Assembly (NCBI GenBank): GCA_030586555.1
Contig: JAURAC010000009.1
Coordinates: 56,091-85,543, forward strand
Length of the DNA: 29,453 bases
Source: Candidatus Subterrananammoxibius californiae
GTDB taxonomy: Bacteria; Planctomycetota; Brocadiia; Brocadiales; Subterrananammoxibiaceae
Direction of reading: 5' to 3'
The notes beneath the pieces were generated by a model. That model saw only the letters and a list, made by a program, of their open reading frames with translations, did no database searches and was not told the DNA's origin. Below are positions 17,184-26,744 of this stretch, piece by piece. A program made the translations under genes and the position numbers. Each line of letters starts with the position of its first letter. The stretch's first letter is position 1.

Positions 17184-17392
17184 AGTAATTCCTCGTGCTT
17201 CTCTGCAATATTCATCCTGCCGCTTCTCCCGGCGCCCATAAAGGATATTTTTTTCGTATGCGGTTTTTTTCGTGTAAGAAACTCAGTAATTGCCTTTCTA
17301 ACGAGTTCCGCAACACTCTTTTTTTCTTCCAATGAAAGTTCTTTTAATTCCATCAAAAGTTCGTCATCGGCAAATATAGTTGTCCTCTTCAT
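17156..17392 (-). CDS. vapB: VapB-type ribbon-helix-helix (CopG-like) antitoxin
   Basis: MKRTTIFADDELL...SVAELVRKAITEFL; GGAGGT RBS before ATG 17392; overlaps vapC. Confidence 0.88.
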   Translation of the reverse strand: MKRTTIFADDELLMELKELSLEEKKSVAELVRKAITEFLTRKKPHTKKISFMGAGRSGRMNIAEKHEELLWKRHLKNK

Positions 17393-17410
17393 AGTTACCT
17401 CCAAGCATAT

Positions 17411-17441
17411 ATATGATATATTACATATAAAACGTTGTCAA
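17411..17441 (-). promoter_or_regulatory. vapBC promoter with probable autoregulatory operator
   Basis: TTGACA-N17-TATCAT; ATATG-N8-CATAT inverted repeat (17411-17428) covers the -10 box. Confidence 0.7.
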
Positions 17442-17481
17442 TAGGGCTTTCGCTGGTTTCTGAAAAAGCCCTCGTCTTTTA

Positions 17482-18459
17482 TTACCTTAATCCTAATTTC
17501 GCCCGCACTTCTGCCATGGTTTGTGTGGCTATTTCACGGCATTTCTTTGCGCCGGTTTGGAGGACGTTAAGGACGTAATCCTTGTCATTGAGCAGTTTTT
17601 CAGCCTTCTCTCGAATGGGGGCAAGCTCTTTGACGATATTGTCTGAAAGCACCTTTTTACATTCGAGGCAGCCTATGCCTGCAGTTCTGCATCCTTTGGC
17701 GGACCATTCAATTTCTTCCTGGGTTGAAAAGTGCTTGTGAAGGGCAAAGATGTTGCAAATTTCAGGGTTTCCCGGGTCAATACGCCTCTTTCTGTTTTCA
17801 TCCGTTACCGCCACAGAGAGTTTTTTCCAGATGGATTCCGGAGGTTCGACTAATGAAATATAGTTGTTAAGACTCTTGCTCATCTTGGTCTTGGCATCAA
17901 GACCCATAATCCTTGGTGCAGAGGAAAGTATTACGTGCGGTTCTGGGAACACGTTGCCGTAGCACATATTAAATTTCCTTGCCACCTCGCGAGCAAGTTC
18001 AATGTGCTGCACCTGGTCAGCCCCTACTGGCACCACCTCAGCTTTGTAAAGCAATATATCTGCCGATTGAAGCACAGGATAGTTAAATAACCCTGCGTTA
18101 ATATTGGCTGCGTGTTGTTGAGCTTTTTCCTTGAATTGAGTCATCCGCTCAAGGTGTCCCATAGGGGTTATAGTATTAAGAATCCATGCAAGTTCTGTGT
18201 GTTCAGGGACGTGTGATTGAACAAATATTATGCACCGTTCGGGATTGAGTCCAGCAGCGACGTTCACCGCAACAGCGTTCGTAATCCTTTTCTGCATATC
18301 TACGGGGTCGTAATCTACTGTAATTGCATGATAGTCCACGATGCAGAAGATGCAGTCATAATTATCTATTAAATTGACCCAATTTTTAATTGCACCGAGG
18401 TAATTTCCAATATGGACATCACCGCTGGGCTGAATTCCGCTAAAAAGTCTTTTTTTCAT
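17482..18459 (-). CDS. trpS: Tryptophan--tRNA ligase
   Basis: FSGIQPSG, HIGNYLGA, YPVLQSADILLY, VPVGADQVQH, KMSKS. Confidence 0.99.
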   Translation of the reverse strand: MKKRLFSGIQPSGDVHIGNYLGAIKNWVNLIDNYDCIFCIVDYHAITVDYDPVDMQKRITNAVAVNVAAGLNPERCIIFVQSHVPEHTELAWILNTITPMGHLERMTQFKEKAQQHAANINAGLFNYPVLQSADILLYKAEVVPVGADQVQHIELAREVARKFNMCYGNVFPEPHVILSSAPRIMGLDAKTKMSKSLNNYISLVEPPESIWKKLSVAVTDENRKRRIDPGNPEICNIFALHKHFSTQEEIEWSAKGCRTAGIGCLECKKVLSDNIVKELAPIREKAEKLLNDKDYVLNVLQTGAKKCREIATQTMAEVRAKLGLR

Positions 18460-18483
18460 GTCTTATCCTTTTAATAAGGCAGA

Positions 18484-18543
18484 GAGTCGGGGAGTCTCTC
18501 GACTCGCTGACTCTCGACTCGCTGACTCTCCGACTCACAACTC
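18484..18543. repeat. Short tandem GACTC-based 7/8-mer array with inverted lead copies
   Basis: GAGTCGGGGAGTC then GACTCGCT GACTCTC GACTCGCT GACTCTCC GACTCAC AACTC. Confidence 0.75.
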
Positions 18544-18593
18544 CTGTGGTCATTCTATCAAATAAATTTTACTTTTCAACTTAGTTTTTATAA

Positions 18594-18622
18594 TTGACCA
18601 GCCAAACTACCTATGCTATATA
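18594..18622 (+). promoter_or_regulatory. sigma70-like promoter upstream of pfk
   Basis: TTGACC-N17-TATATA with TG extended -10. Confidence 0.45.
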
Positions 18623-18653
18623 TTTAATTCGTGGCAATAGGGATTCTTGTCTT

Positions 18654-18770
18654 TCCTGAAATAAATTCAGGACAAGTTTTAGAGGCTTGCCCTGAGCGAT
18701 GAAACGAGATTCTTCGCTTCGCTCAGGGTCAGAGATTGAGCGAAGCGAAACATGACAGTAAGCGAAGGGG
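18654..18770. repeat. Stack of palindromic elements in the pfk leader
   Basis: TCCTGAAATAAATTCAGGACAAG, then CCCTGAGCGA..TTCGCTTCGCTCAGGG..TGAGCGAAGCGAA..AGCGAAGGG nested arms. Confidence 0.75.
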
Positions 18771-18779
18771 TGAAAAAAT

Positions 18780-19829
18780 ATGAAGATTGGTATTTTAACG
18801 GGTGGTGGCGATTGTCCGGGGCTTAATGCGGCTATCAGGGCTGTTGTGAGGAAGTCTATTCTGGATTATGGGTCCGATGTGATAGGTATCCTTGAGGGCT
18901 GGCGCGGTCTTATCGAAGGGTTGACGGAGAGGCTCGATTTGAATAAGGTTTCAGGCATCCTTCCGAAGGGAGGTACTATAATTGGCACAAGCCGTACAAA
19001 CCCTTTTGGGAAGGACGGTAAGGATGCTCCGGAACGCATAATACAGAACGTTAAGACGTTTGGTCTGGATGCCATTATAGCGGTTGGTGGCGATGACACG
19101 TTGACGGTATCACACAAGCTTTACAAGATGGGGGTAAATGTTGTTGGTGTTCCAAAGACGATTGATAATGATGTGGCAGGGACAGATTATACATTTGGAT
19201 TTGATACGGCGATAAATATTGCAACGGAGGCAATTGACAGGCTTCATTCCACTGCTGAAGCGCATCACAGGGTGATGGTGGTTGAGGTTATGGGCAGGCA
19301 TGCGGGTTGGATTGCTATACAAGCGGGAATTGCGGGTGGGGCAGACCTTATTCTTATTCCGGAGAGACCCGTTGACCTTGATGAAATTTGTAACATATTA
19401 AAGAAGCGCCACGAACGAGGCAAGACCTTTAGTATCGTTGTTGTGGCAGAGGGTGTTAAAGTTCCTGTGGAGGGTATCGGCGAAGAAACCCTTGTGTTGC
19501 AGAGCAAGGAATTAGACGCCTTCGGGCATCTAAGGCTTGGCGGTGTGGGTATGGTTCTTGCAAAGATACTTGAGCAGAGGACGGGGTTTGAAACGCGTTT
19601 TACCGTATTGGGACACACACAAAGGGGTGGGTCGCCTACTGCCTTCGATAGGATTATTGCCACAAGGTTTGGGATAGCTGCAGCTGAGCTTGTTCATAAG
19701 AAGGATTTTGGCAAGGTGGTTGTCCTGAGGGGCAATAAAATCCTCTCCGTTGACATGGATGAAGTGGTTGGAAAATCTAAGTTAGTTGATGACTACTGGT
19801 ATGACCTTGCGAAAGTATTTTTCGGGTAG
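18780..19829 (+). CDS. pfkA: 6-phosphofructokinase, PfkA superfamily, PPi-type signature
   Basis: LTGGGDCPGLN, GGTIIGTSR, GGDD, PKTIDND, EVMGRHAGW, LGHTQRGG. Confidence 0.95.
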   Translation: MKIGILTGGGDCPGLNAAIRAVVRKSILDYGSDVIGILEGWRGLIEGLTERLDLNKVSGILPKGGTIIGTSRTNPFGKDGKDAPERIIQNVKTFGLDAIIAVGGDDTLTVSHKLYKMGVNVVGVPKTIDNDVAGTDYTFGFDTAINIATEAIDRLHSTAEAHHRVMVVEVMGRHAGWIAIQAGIAGGADLILIPERPVDLDEICNILKKRHERGKTFSIVVVAEGVKVPVEGIGEETLVLQSKELDAFGHLRLGGVGMVLAKILEQRTGFETRFTVLGHTQRGGSPTAFDRIIATRFGIAAAELVHKKDFGKVVVLRGNKILSVDMDEVVGKSKLVDDYWYDLAKVFFG

Positions 19830-19841
19830 AGGTCGTAGGTT

Positions 19842-20576
19842 ATGGGTTATAGGTTACGGGCGAGAAGGCTGAAGGCTGTAGGGGCAATTCATGAATTGCC
19901 CCTACTAAAGAAAAAATCTTTTCCTTCAGCCCTCAGCCTATCTTTTCTTCAGCCTTTTTTGCTTCTTTACCTTTTTGCCTCTTTGCCTTTTTACCTTTTC
20001 GCCTGTTCTTCCTTGTATGGTTACGGATACAAGAAAGCTGAAGACCCTTTGTTGAACGGCTTTAGAAGCGCCATTGTTAATGGGAGGGCTGACAACTGGG
20101 AGAAGGTTGCAATCGAGATAAAAGGTCTCGACTGGCAGATAGTTGAATTGAAGAATGAGCTTAATAAAGACCTCGGACCAAAACTTCAAGAAGCACTTGC
20201 GTATAAGGACATTCAAGAGCTGGCGAATTATCTTGCGAATTTGGTTTTCTTGAGCATAGAGCAAAAATTCTACTGGAATACTCAGGAAAGGTTAACAGAT
20301 TATGAAAAGGCTAAGGCTCGACTTTATTCGGCAGAGGTTTACTACGATGAGATTCTCGAAGGTAACGTAATGAAGTATGACAAAAAAAATGGCACTAAAC
20401 ACCATGAAGAAGTCAAGAGCATGTTTATAGAAGCCAAAAAGGCGCTCGGAAGTCCGGGCCTTTATGGTATTGGACAAAAACCTCCACAACCTGAAAGATT
20501 CAAGGATTTGACTGCTGAGATAGAAAAAAGACTGCTTTCGGTGTTTCCCTTTTTTGAACACATTGAAATAAAATAG
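19842..20576 (+). CDS. Exported alpha-helical hypothetical protein (start uncertain)
   Basis: Long ORF; basic plus hydrophobic N-terminus; 5' end overlaps a REP and tandem repeats. Confidence 0.7.
   Translation: MGYRLRARRLKAVGAIHELPLLKKKSFPSALSLSFLQPFLLLYLFASLPFYLFACSSLYGYGYKKAEDPLLNGFRSAIVNGRADNWEKVAIEIKGLDWQIVELKNELNKDLGPKLQEALAYKDIQELANYLANLVFLSIEQKFYWNTQERLTDYEKAKARLYSAEVYYDEILEGNVMKYDKKNGTKHHEEVKSMFIEAKKALGSPGLYGIGQKPPQPERFKDLTAEIEKRLLSVFPFFEHIEIK
19878..19905. repeat. GTAG-type REP
   Basis: Perfect 28-nt palindrome GTAGGGGCAATTCATGAATTGCCCCTAC, identical to 24716-24743. Confidence 0.95.
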
Positions 20577-20583
20577 TTACTCT

Positions 20584-22071
20584 ATGTTTGATAAAAAGAC
20601 TGTAGTTACTTTCATTATTCTCCTTATTGTTGTGGTTTGGTGGTCCGCCTCAGGCGTAGCGCAAGAAAGCAGGGAGGATAAAATTGCCACTCTCGAAGCA
20701 AAGATAAATGAGATGCAGGCAAAATATGAGGAGCAGATAAATAAAATCCTTGAACAATACGATGAAACCCAGCAACAGCTTGAAAAAGCCCTCAAAATGA
20801 TTGAGGAATTAAAAAAAGATAGTTCGACAAGTAGGGCGGTAGTTGCTCAACCCTCGGGTGTGCCTGACCTGCAGCCACCTGAGAAAGAGGAAGGGGCGTT
20901 CGACATCTCAGAATTCCTGGAGGAAGAAAAGAAGGTTGGTCCTATAGAATGGCATGGTCGCCTTGAGGGCAGGTATATTCAAACTGGAAGCACCAGAAAC
21001 ATAGATAATAACGATTTGAGTACTTTTGAGCAAAGCACATTTGCTCTCTGGGCAGGGATAGATGTTACCAAGAATATTGAGGTAATCTCCGAATTGGAAC
21101 TTGAGCCTGCGGGGGGACAGGAGCAGGACGTAAGGCTTGACCAGGCAAGGCTTACATGGGACTTGATAAAACTTCCTACCTCTCCCACATTACAACCAGA
21201 GTATGCACTCCCATGGGGTCTTATTGAGAAGGGTATTTTGTCGTTTACCTTTGGGAAATTCTATTATCCTTTTGGGATTGAACGTTTCTCTTACAGCGGG
21301 CCTGTTAACAAGCTGGTAGACCGCCCATCACCTTTCAGACAGATAATCCCTGGTACTTACAGCGATGTGGGTGCAAAGGTTCATGGGCTTGTTCCTATTT
21401 ATCAAGAGGTGGCTTTGCGATACGAGGCAGCTTTGACAAATGGTCTTGCAGGCCCGCTCAGGTCACCCATCAGGGAAGACCGTCAGAATACGGATAATAA
21501 CCGCAATAAACAGGCTGGTGGAAGATTGGGATTTTCTTTAGCCGATTGGGTTGAAATTGGTAGTTCGTTTATTACAGGCAAATACGACTCTGATAGTGAT
21601 GAGGACATGAATTTTATTGGCGCCGATGCGCATATAACTTATGACAATGTTAAATTATTGTCATCCACAACAGAAGAAATTTTTGATTTACGTGGAGAAT
21701 ATGTATTTAACCATTTTAATCAGGCAACCAAAGTAGGTCCTGATTTTAGCCGTGAGGGATGGTACGTCCAGACTGCTTATAAGTTTGAGTTTCACAAGCC
21801 TCTTCTTAATTACATCGAACCAGTCTTCCGTTACGATTCTCTTGATGACGACGTGGCAAAGTTTGCATCTCTGGGGAAAAGGTTTAAAAATCCAAATTTC
21901 GCTATGAGGAAGTTAAAACCTGTTCTGGAGGTCAATAGATACGCCTTTGGCATTGGCTGGTCACCCTTTAAACATTTCAGGATAAAAGGAGAGTATGAGA
22001 TAAGCGACGAACAGGATATACCAGAGGTTAACAATAATGCCATCCTTTATGAGATGACAATTGATTGGTAA
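20584..22071 (+). CDS. Outer-membrane beta-barrel porin-like protein with N-terminal coiled coil
   Basis: Signal peptide, heptad region, LDQARLTW, FGKFYYPFG, DNNRNKQAGGRL, GWYVQTAYKF, RIKGEY, C-terminal aromatic (IDW). Confidence 0.8.
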   Translation: MFDKKTVVTFIILLIVVVWWSASGVAQESREDKIATLEAKINEMQAKYEEQINKILEQYDETQQQLEKALKMIEELKKDSSTSRAVVAQPSGVPDLQPPEKEEGAFDISEFLEEEKKVGPIEWHGRLEGRYIQTGSTRNIDNNDLSTFEQSTFALWAGIDVTKNIEVISELELEPAGGQEQDVRLDQARLTWDLIKLPTSPTLQPEYALPWGLIEKGILSFTFGKFYYPFGIERFSYSGPVNKLVDRPSPFRQIIPGTYSDVGAKVHGLVPIYQEVALRYEAALTNGLAGPLRSPIREDRQNTDNNRNKQAGGRLGFSLADWVEIGSSFITGKYDSDSDEDMNFIGADAHITYDNVKLLSSTTEEIFDLRGEYVFNHFNQATKVGPDFSREGWYVQTAYKFEFHKPLLNYIEPVFRYDSLDDDVAKFASLGKRFKNPNFAMRKLKPVLEVNRYAFGIGWSPFKHFRIKGEYEISDEQDIPEVNNNAILYEMTIDW

Positions 22072-22105
22072 TTGAAAAGACGGCACACTTATGTGAATTG
22101 AATCA

Positions 22106-23506
22106 ATGAAAAAAACCATTGTGATTTTAGGAGGCGGCCCATGTGGCATTAGCGCTGCATGGGAACTTGCAGAAAAAGGGTTTGAGGTAGTTGTTGTAGA
22201 AAAGGAATCTGAGGTTGGGGGGCTCTGCCGTACAACCGATTATAAGGGCTTTCATTTTGACTTAGGCGGGCATAGATTTATTTCTAAAAATCAGGAATTA
22301 ATAGAAAAAATTCTTGCGCTTATGGGGAACGAACTCCTCATAGCCCATAGAAAGAGCGTTATTAAAAGTGCTGATAAAGAATTTGATTACCCATTATCCC
22401 TGAATAATATTATTAAGAATATGCCCGTTGCCACTATTCTTAGATGTCTTACTGATTATTTAAAATCTTCCATCGTAGGGAGGATATTTACACAGAGCGA
22501 TGCTTCTTTTGAACAATGGGTGGTTAATAGATATGGACAAAAGCTGTATGAGTTGTTTTTCAAGTTTTATACTGAAAAGTTGTGGGGGGTTCCGCCGAGC
22601 GAAATATCATCAGATTGGGCTGCCGAACGGATTTCTTTGCTGAACCTTTGGGATGCTATAGTTCGACTTTTCTATCCACCTGAGGCGGAGAAGGATTCGC
22701 CGAGAACCTATACAAAGATGTTTTACTATCCAAAAAATGGTATTGGACAAATATTCACTTCTATGGCGGAAGAAATTAAGAAAAGCGGAGGCAATATCAT
22801 TTTAAATGCCAATCTCGAGAAGGTCATTACGGAAGATAATGAGGTGAAGTCTGTTTCTATTTGTAGAGACGGCAAAACAATTGTAATTGACTGTGATTTT
22901 GTTATATCCACTATACCGCTTACAGACCTTGCAAGCTGCCTCTATCCATTCGCACAAGAATCAATAATTATGGATAGTGCGTGTAAATTAAAGTTCAGAA
23001 GTCTGCGTTTTATGAATATTCTGATAGATATGCAAGATATAAGTGAAAACACATGGATGTACGTTCCAGATAGAAGATATATAATGACCAGGATACAGGA
23101 ACCAAGGCGCAGAAGTTCCTTTAATGCGCCACAGGGGAAGACGTCCTTGATACTTGAAATTCCATGCAATTTTGGGGATGATATATGGAATGGAGCCGAA
23201 TGTGATATTTACTCGAGATGCCTTGAAGACCTTGCTTCTATGGGGATACATATAAATGGAATGGTTATTGATTATTTTTCAACATGGGCTAAAAATGCTT
23301 ACCCTGTTTATTCCCTCGATTATAAGACCCATGTCAACAATGTACTGGATTTTATAGGAAGATATGGGAATGTCATAACATGCGGTCGCCAGGGGCTATT
23401 TAAATATATATTTATGGACCAGGCTATGGAGATGGGGTTTACTACTGCGGAAGTAGTGATGGAAAATCTTGGGCGAAGGGTAGACAACGAGGTTTATCCT
23501 CGTTGA
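22106..23506 (+). CDS. FAD-dependent oxidoreductase (HemY / UDP-galactopyranose mutase-like)
   Basis: ILGGGPCG Rossmann motif, [38 protein letters not shown]. Confidence 0.85.
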   Translation: MKKTIVILGGGPCGISAAWELAEKGFEVVVVEKESEVGGLCRTTDYKGFHFDLGGHRFISKNQELIEKILALMGNELLIAHRKSVIKSADKEFDYPLSLNNIIKNMPVATILRCLTDYLKSSIVGRIFTQSDASFEQWVVNRYGQKLYELFFKFYTEKLWGVPPSEISSDWAAERISLLNLWDAIVRLFYPPEAEKDSPRTYTKMFYYPKNGIGQIFTSMAEEIKKSGGNIILNANLEKVITEDNEVKSVSICRDGKTIVIDCDFVISTIPLTDLASCLYPFAQESIIMDSACKLKFRSLRFMNILIDMQDISENTWMYVPDRRYIMTRIQEPRRRSSFNAPQGKTSLILEIPCNFGDDIWNGAECDIYSRCLEDLASMGIHINGMVIDYFSTWAKNAYPVYSLDYKTHVNNVLDFIGRYGNVITCGRQGLFKYIFMDQAMEMGFTTAEVVMENLGRRVDNEVYPR

Positions 23507-23543
23507 TTCCCTCGATTCAACGAACGTAAAGTTCGTTGTCTAC
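23480..23543. repeat. GTAGAC REP doublet (empty form)
   Basis: GTAGACAACGAGG-TTTAT-CCTCGTTGA..TCAACGAAC-GTAAA-GTTCGTTGTCTAC; supplies the last codons and TGA of the oxidoreductase. Confidence 0.9.
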
Positions 23544-23558
23544 CACATTCAATTAATT

Positions 23559-24719
23559 ATGATTATGAATCAAACCGGCGAAACAAACAGCTCGAAAATT
23601 TTAGTGGTAGATGATAATGAGGATAACCTCGAACTATTAGAGGCATTTTTATTGCCCATGGGCTACGAGGTTATCAAGGCATACAATGGCAGAGAAGCGC
23701 TTGAAATGGTTGAACAGGCACATCCAGACCTTATATTGCTGGATGTGTTGATGCCGGAGATGGGAGGCATGGAGGTATGCAGAAGACTGAAAGAAGGGGG
23801 CAATACCAGGTTTATTCCCATTATACTTGTAACGGCGTTAAAAGACGTAAACGATAGGATTGATGGTATAGAGGCAGGGGCAGACGATTTCCTTTCAAAG
23901 CCTATAGACAAGCAAGAACTCAAGGCACGTATCAAATCCCTCCTTAGAATCAAGGAAATGCACGACAAACTGGAAGAAAGTCGCCGCAATCTGGAGGCAA
24001 CGAATAACGAACTCCTAAAGTTAGGCAGATTTAAAGATGACCTTACACACCTGCTTGTTCACGACCTTAAGAATCCTCTTGTAAATATCATGGAGTTGGT
24101 AAGGCAAACGTTGCGCTATGATGCAGAAAATCTTACAGAAAGACAGGTGGAAAAATTATGCCAGACACGAACAAGCGCTGAGACACTGCTAAACTTGATA
24201 ATTACATTACTCGATATAAGTAAGTTGGAAGAAGGTAAGATGGTTTTAAACAGGAGCAGTTTCGATATGAAGGAGGCAATCTATTTCGGCATAAGAGAAT
24301 TTAAGGTGATAGCCGATGAGCTTGGGATACAAATTGAAGCGGCCCTTCCAGGTAATACTTTAATTGTAAATGCAGATTATGAACTCATCCAGCGCATCAT
24401 TCTTAATCTGTTGAGCAATGCCATCCGCCATACACGCAGGGGCGGAAGCGTTAGTATCAGCGCCAGGGTTAATGAAGATAAGGAGAATATTATTACTACC
24501 GTTTCTGATACTGGCGAGGGGATACCGAGGCAGTACTGGGATACTATCTTTGAGAAATTTGCACAGGTTGAGTTAAGCGAAATGGGGCTTAAAAGCGACA
24601 GGGGCTTGGGTCTTACATTTTGCAAGATGGCGATAGAGGCACATGGTGGAAAAATATGGGTCGAAAGCGAGGTTGGTAAGGGGAGCGCGTTCAGTTTTAC
24701 ACTTCCCTTAATAGAGTAG
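23559..24719 (+). CDS. Hybrid receiver-histidine kinase (REC-HisKA-HATPase)
   Basis: [22 protein letters not shown] box [28 protein letters not shown]. Confidence 0.95.
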   Translation: MIMNQTGETNSSKILVVDDNEDNLELLEAFLLPMGYEVIKAYNGREALEMVEQAHPDLILLDVLMPEMGGMEVCRRLKEGGNTRFIPIILVTALKDVNDRIDGIEAGADDFLSKPIDKQELKARIKSLLRIKEMHDKLEESRRNLEATNNELLKLGRFKDDLTHLLVHDLKNPLVNIMELVRQTLRYDAENLTERQVEKLCQTRTSAETLLNLIITLLDISKLEEGKMVLNRSSFDMKEAIYFGIREFKVIADELGIQIEAALPGNTLIVNADYELIQRIILNLLSNAIRHTRRGGSVSISARVNEDKENIITTVSDTGEGIPRQYWDTIFEKFAQVELSEMGLKSDRGLGLTFCKMAIEAHGGKIWVESEVGKGSAFSFTLPLIE

Positions 24720-24743
24720 GGGCAATTCATGAATTGCCCCTAC
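24716..24743. repeat. GTAG-type REP providing the TAG stop of the upstream kinase
   Basis: GTAGGGGCAATTCATGAATTGCCCCTAC. Confidence 0.95.
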
Positions 24744-24767
24744 CTTTTTGGAATAAGGTAAGATAAT

Positions 24768-26282
24768 ATGGTATATAGAAACACGAAGGAAGAGATTAAG
24801 AAATTTAACCTTATCTGGTTTTTCTCCATTGCAAGCTTTATTGTAATTGCAATAGGCGCCAGCGTATCTGGCTGGATATTTGCAAGGATAGAAAAAAATG
24901 AAATCCTCAAAAGGGCAGAGGGCTTTGCAAATAAAATTAACCAGCAACTGAACTTTAAGATATTTACAGAGTTTATTTTCCCTACTACACGGGAAGATGG
25001 CTATGTGGACCTGAAGGAGCCGAGGCATCTACAGAGATTAGAAAATATACTCTGGCGCAATGTTCATGAGTTTAAGATTGGAGCCGTACTGCTGTTTGAT
25101 ACAAAGGGAGAAATCGTCTATTGTACTAACCATTCACTTATAGGTTTTACTGCAAGTGACAATCCAGGTGTAGTAGAAGCGTTAAGAGGTAAGGTACACT
25201 CTATGTTGAAACTTGCCAAAGGTACCCCCACGGTTACAAGCATTTCAGAATCGAGTTATGTTCTTGAGACATACTCGCCGTCACGAAAAATAGACCCACA
25301 GAACCTTACACAGGGTGAAATCATGGGAGTCATAGAGACGTATCAGGATGCCGATGACATAATACATCAGATTTCAAAGGCAAGGAATAAGGTAATCCTT
25401 CTTTCAGCATCAACGATGGGAACGCTATTTCTGGTACTATTTCTGTTAGCAATAAAGGCTCACAGAACCATAACCCTTAGAACAAACATGCTTATTGACG
25501 TAAAGGATGAAATAAGGCGAAAGAATGAGGAACTTGAGGTAGAAAGCCAAAAGGCAAGAGAAGCCAGCCGTCTTAAAAGCGTGTTCCTTGCAAATATGTC
25601 TCATGAACTGCGCACCCCTTTAAATGCAATCATCGGTTTTTCTGAGGTGCTGCATGACAAATCCTTTGGAGGGCTGAACCCTAAACAAGAAAGGTATGTA
25701 AACAATATCCATAAAAGCGGGCAGCACTTGTTGCAGCTTATTAATGATATTCTTGACCTTTCTAAGATTGAGTCGGGCAAGATGGAACTCCATCCAGAAA
25801 ATTTCTATATGCCTCATGTTATTGAGAGCGTATATTCAACGGCAAAAACCCTTGCTTTAAAGAAAGGAATAAGTATTGAAAAGGTTCTGGATGAAAAGGT
25901 TTCCTTTGTTGTGGCTGACGAGATAAGGGTCAAACAGATTTTGTATAACCTGGTCTCAAATGCAATTAAATTTACCCCTGATAAAGGAAGAGTACTTATT
26001 ACCGGCAGAAGAATTACGGATGGCTTTGATAGTATTGAGATTAGCGTCAAAGATACTGGTATTGGAATTGCACCAGAAGACTTTGACAAAATTTTTGCAT
26101 CCTTCCAGCAAATTGATGGGTCCTACTCAAGAAAGCAGGAGGGGACAGGTCTCGGGCTCTCCCTAACTAAAAAACTTGTGGAATTACATGGTGGTAGAAT
26201 ATGGTTCGAAAGTGAGGTGGGAAAGGGGAGCACATTCTACGTTACTATTCCCGTTAACGGCTTGAAAGATGAAAAGATGTAA
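24768..26282 (+). CDS. Membrane sensor histidine kinase
   Basis: Two TM helices around a Cache-like periplasmic domain; FLANMSHELRTPLNAIIG, NLVSNAIKFT, DTGIGI, GTGLGL. Confidence 0.95.
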   Translation: MVYRNTKEEIKKFNLIWFFSIASFIVIAIGASVSGWIFARIEKNEILKRAEGFANKINQQLNFKIFTEFIFPTTREDGYVDLKEPRHLQRLENILWRNVHEFKIGAVLLFDTKGEIVYCTNHSLIGFTASDNPGVVEALRGKVHSMLKLAKGTPTVTSISESSYVLETYSPSRKIDPQNLTQGEIMGVIETYQDADDIIHQISKARNKVILLSASTMGTLFLVLFLLAIKAHRTITLRTNMLIDVKDEIRRKNEELEVESQKAREASRLKSVFLANMSHELRTPLNAIIGFSEVLHDKSFGGLNPKQERYVNNIHKSGQHLLQLINDILDLSKIESGKMELHPENFYMPHVIESVYSTAKTLALKKGISIEKVLDEKVSFVVADEIRVKQILYNLVSNAIKFTPDKGRVLITGRRITDGFDSIEISVKDTGIGIAPEDFDKIFASFQQIDGSYSRKQEGTGLGLSLTKKLVELHGGRIWFESEVGKGSTFYVTIPVNGLKDEKM

Positions 26283-26348
26283 GACGTAAGATGGGAGAAG
26301 CAAGATGATTTTTCGTCTAACGTCTCACGCCTAAGAAGGTTTATCAGT

Positions 26349-26744
26349 ATGGCAAATGAGAAAATTTTAATAATTGACGATAATCAAATGAATTTGGAAT
26401 TGGCAACCGACCTCTTGGAATTAAGTGGGTATCATGTCTTGCAGGCGGAAGATGCCGCGAGTGGGATTGCGCTTGCGAAGGCTGAGAAACCTAACTTAAT
26501 TCTCATGGATATTCACCTTCCCGGGATGGATGGATTGACTGCTGTAAGAATCTTGAAAGCGGACACAAAACTATTAAATATACCTATTGTTGCACTTACT
26601 GCTTACGCAATGAAGGGAGACGAAGAGAAAGCATTAGCAACAGGGTGCATAGGCTATATATCCAAACCCATTAATACCCGAGAATTTCCAAGGCAAGTTA
26701 CAAGCTTCTTGAATCTGAATGCGGAACGGCGAATACGGATGTAG
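26349..26744 (+). CDS. Single-domain response regulator (CheY/DivK-like)
   Basis: ILIIDD, LILMDIHLPGMDG, VALTAYAM, YISKP. Confidence 0.95.
   Translation: MANEKILIIDDNQMNLELATDLLELSGYHVLQAEDAASGIALAKAEKPNLILMDIHLPGMDGLTAVRILKADTKLLNIPIVALTAYAMKGDEEKALATGCIGYISKPINTREFPRQVTSFLNLNAERRIRM

Noticed and set aside
17443..17472. trpS intrinsic terminator (AGGGCTTT..AAAGCCCT)
   Set aside because: Hairpin present, but the loop is long and no U-tract follows on the minus strand.
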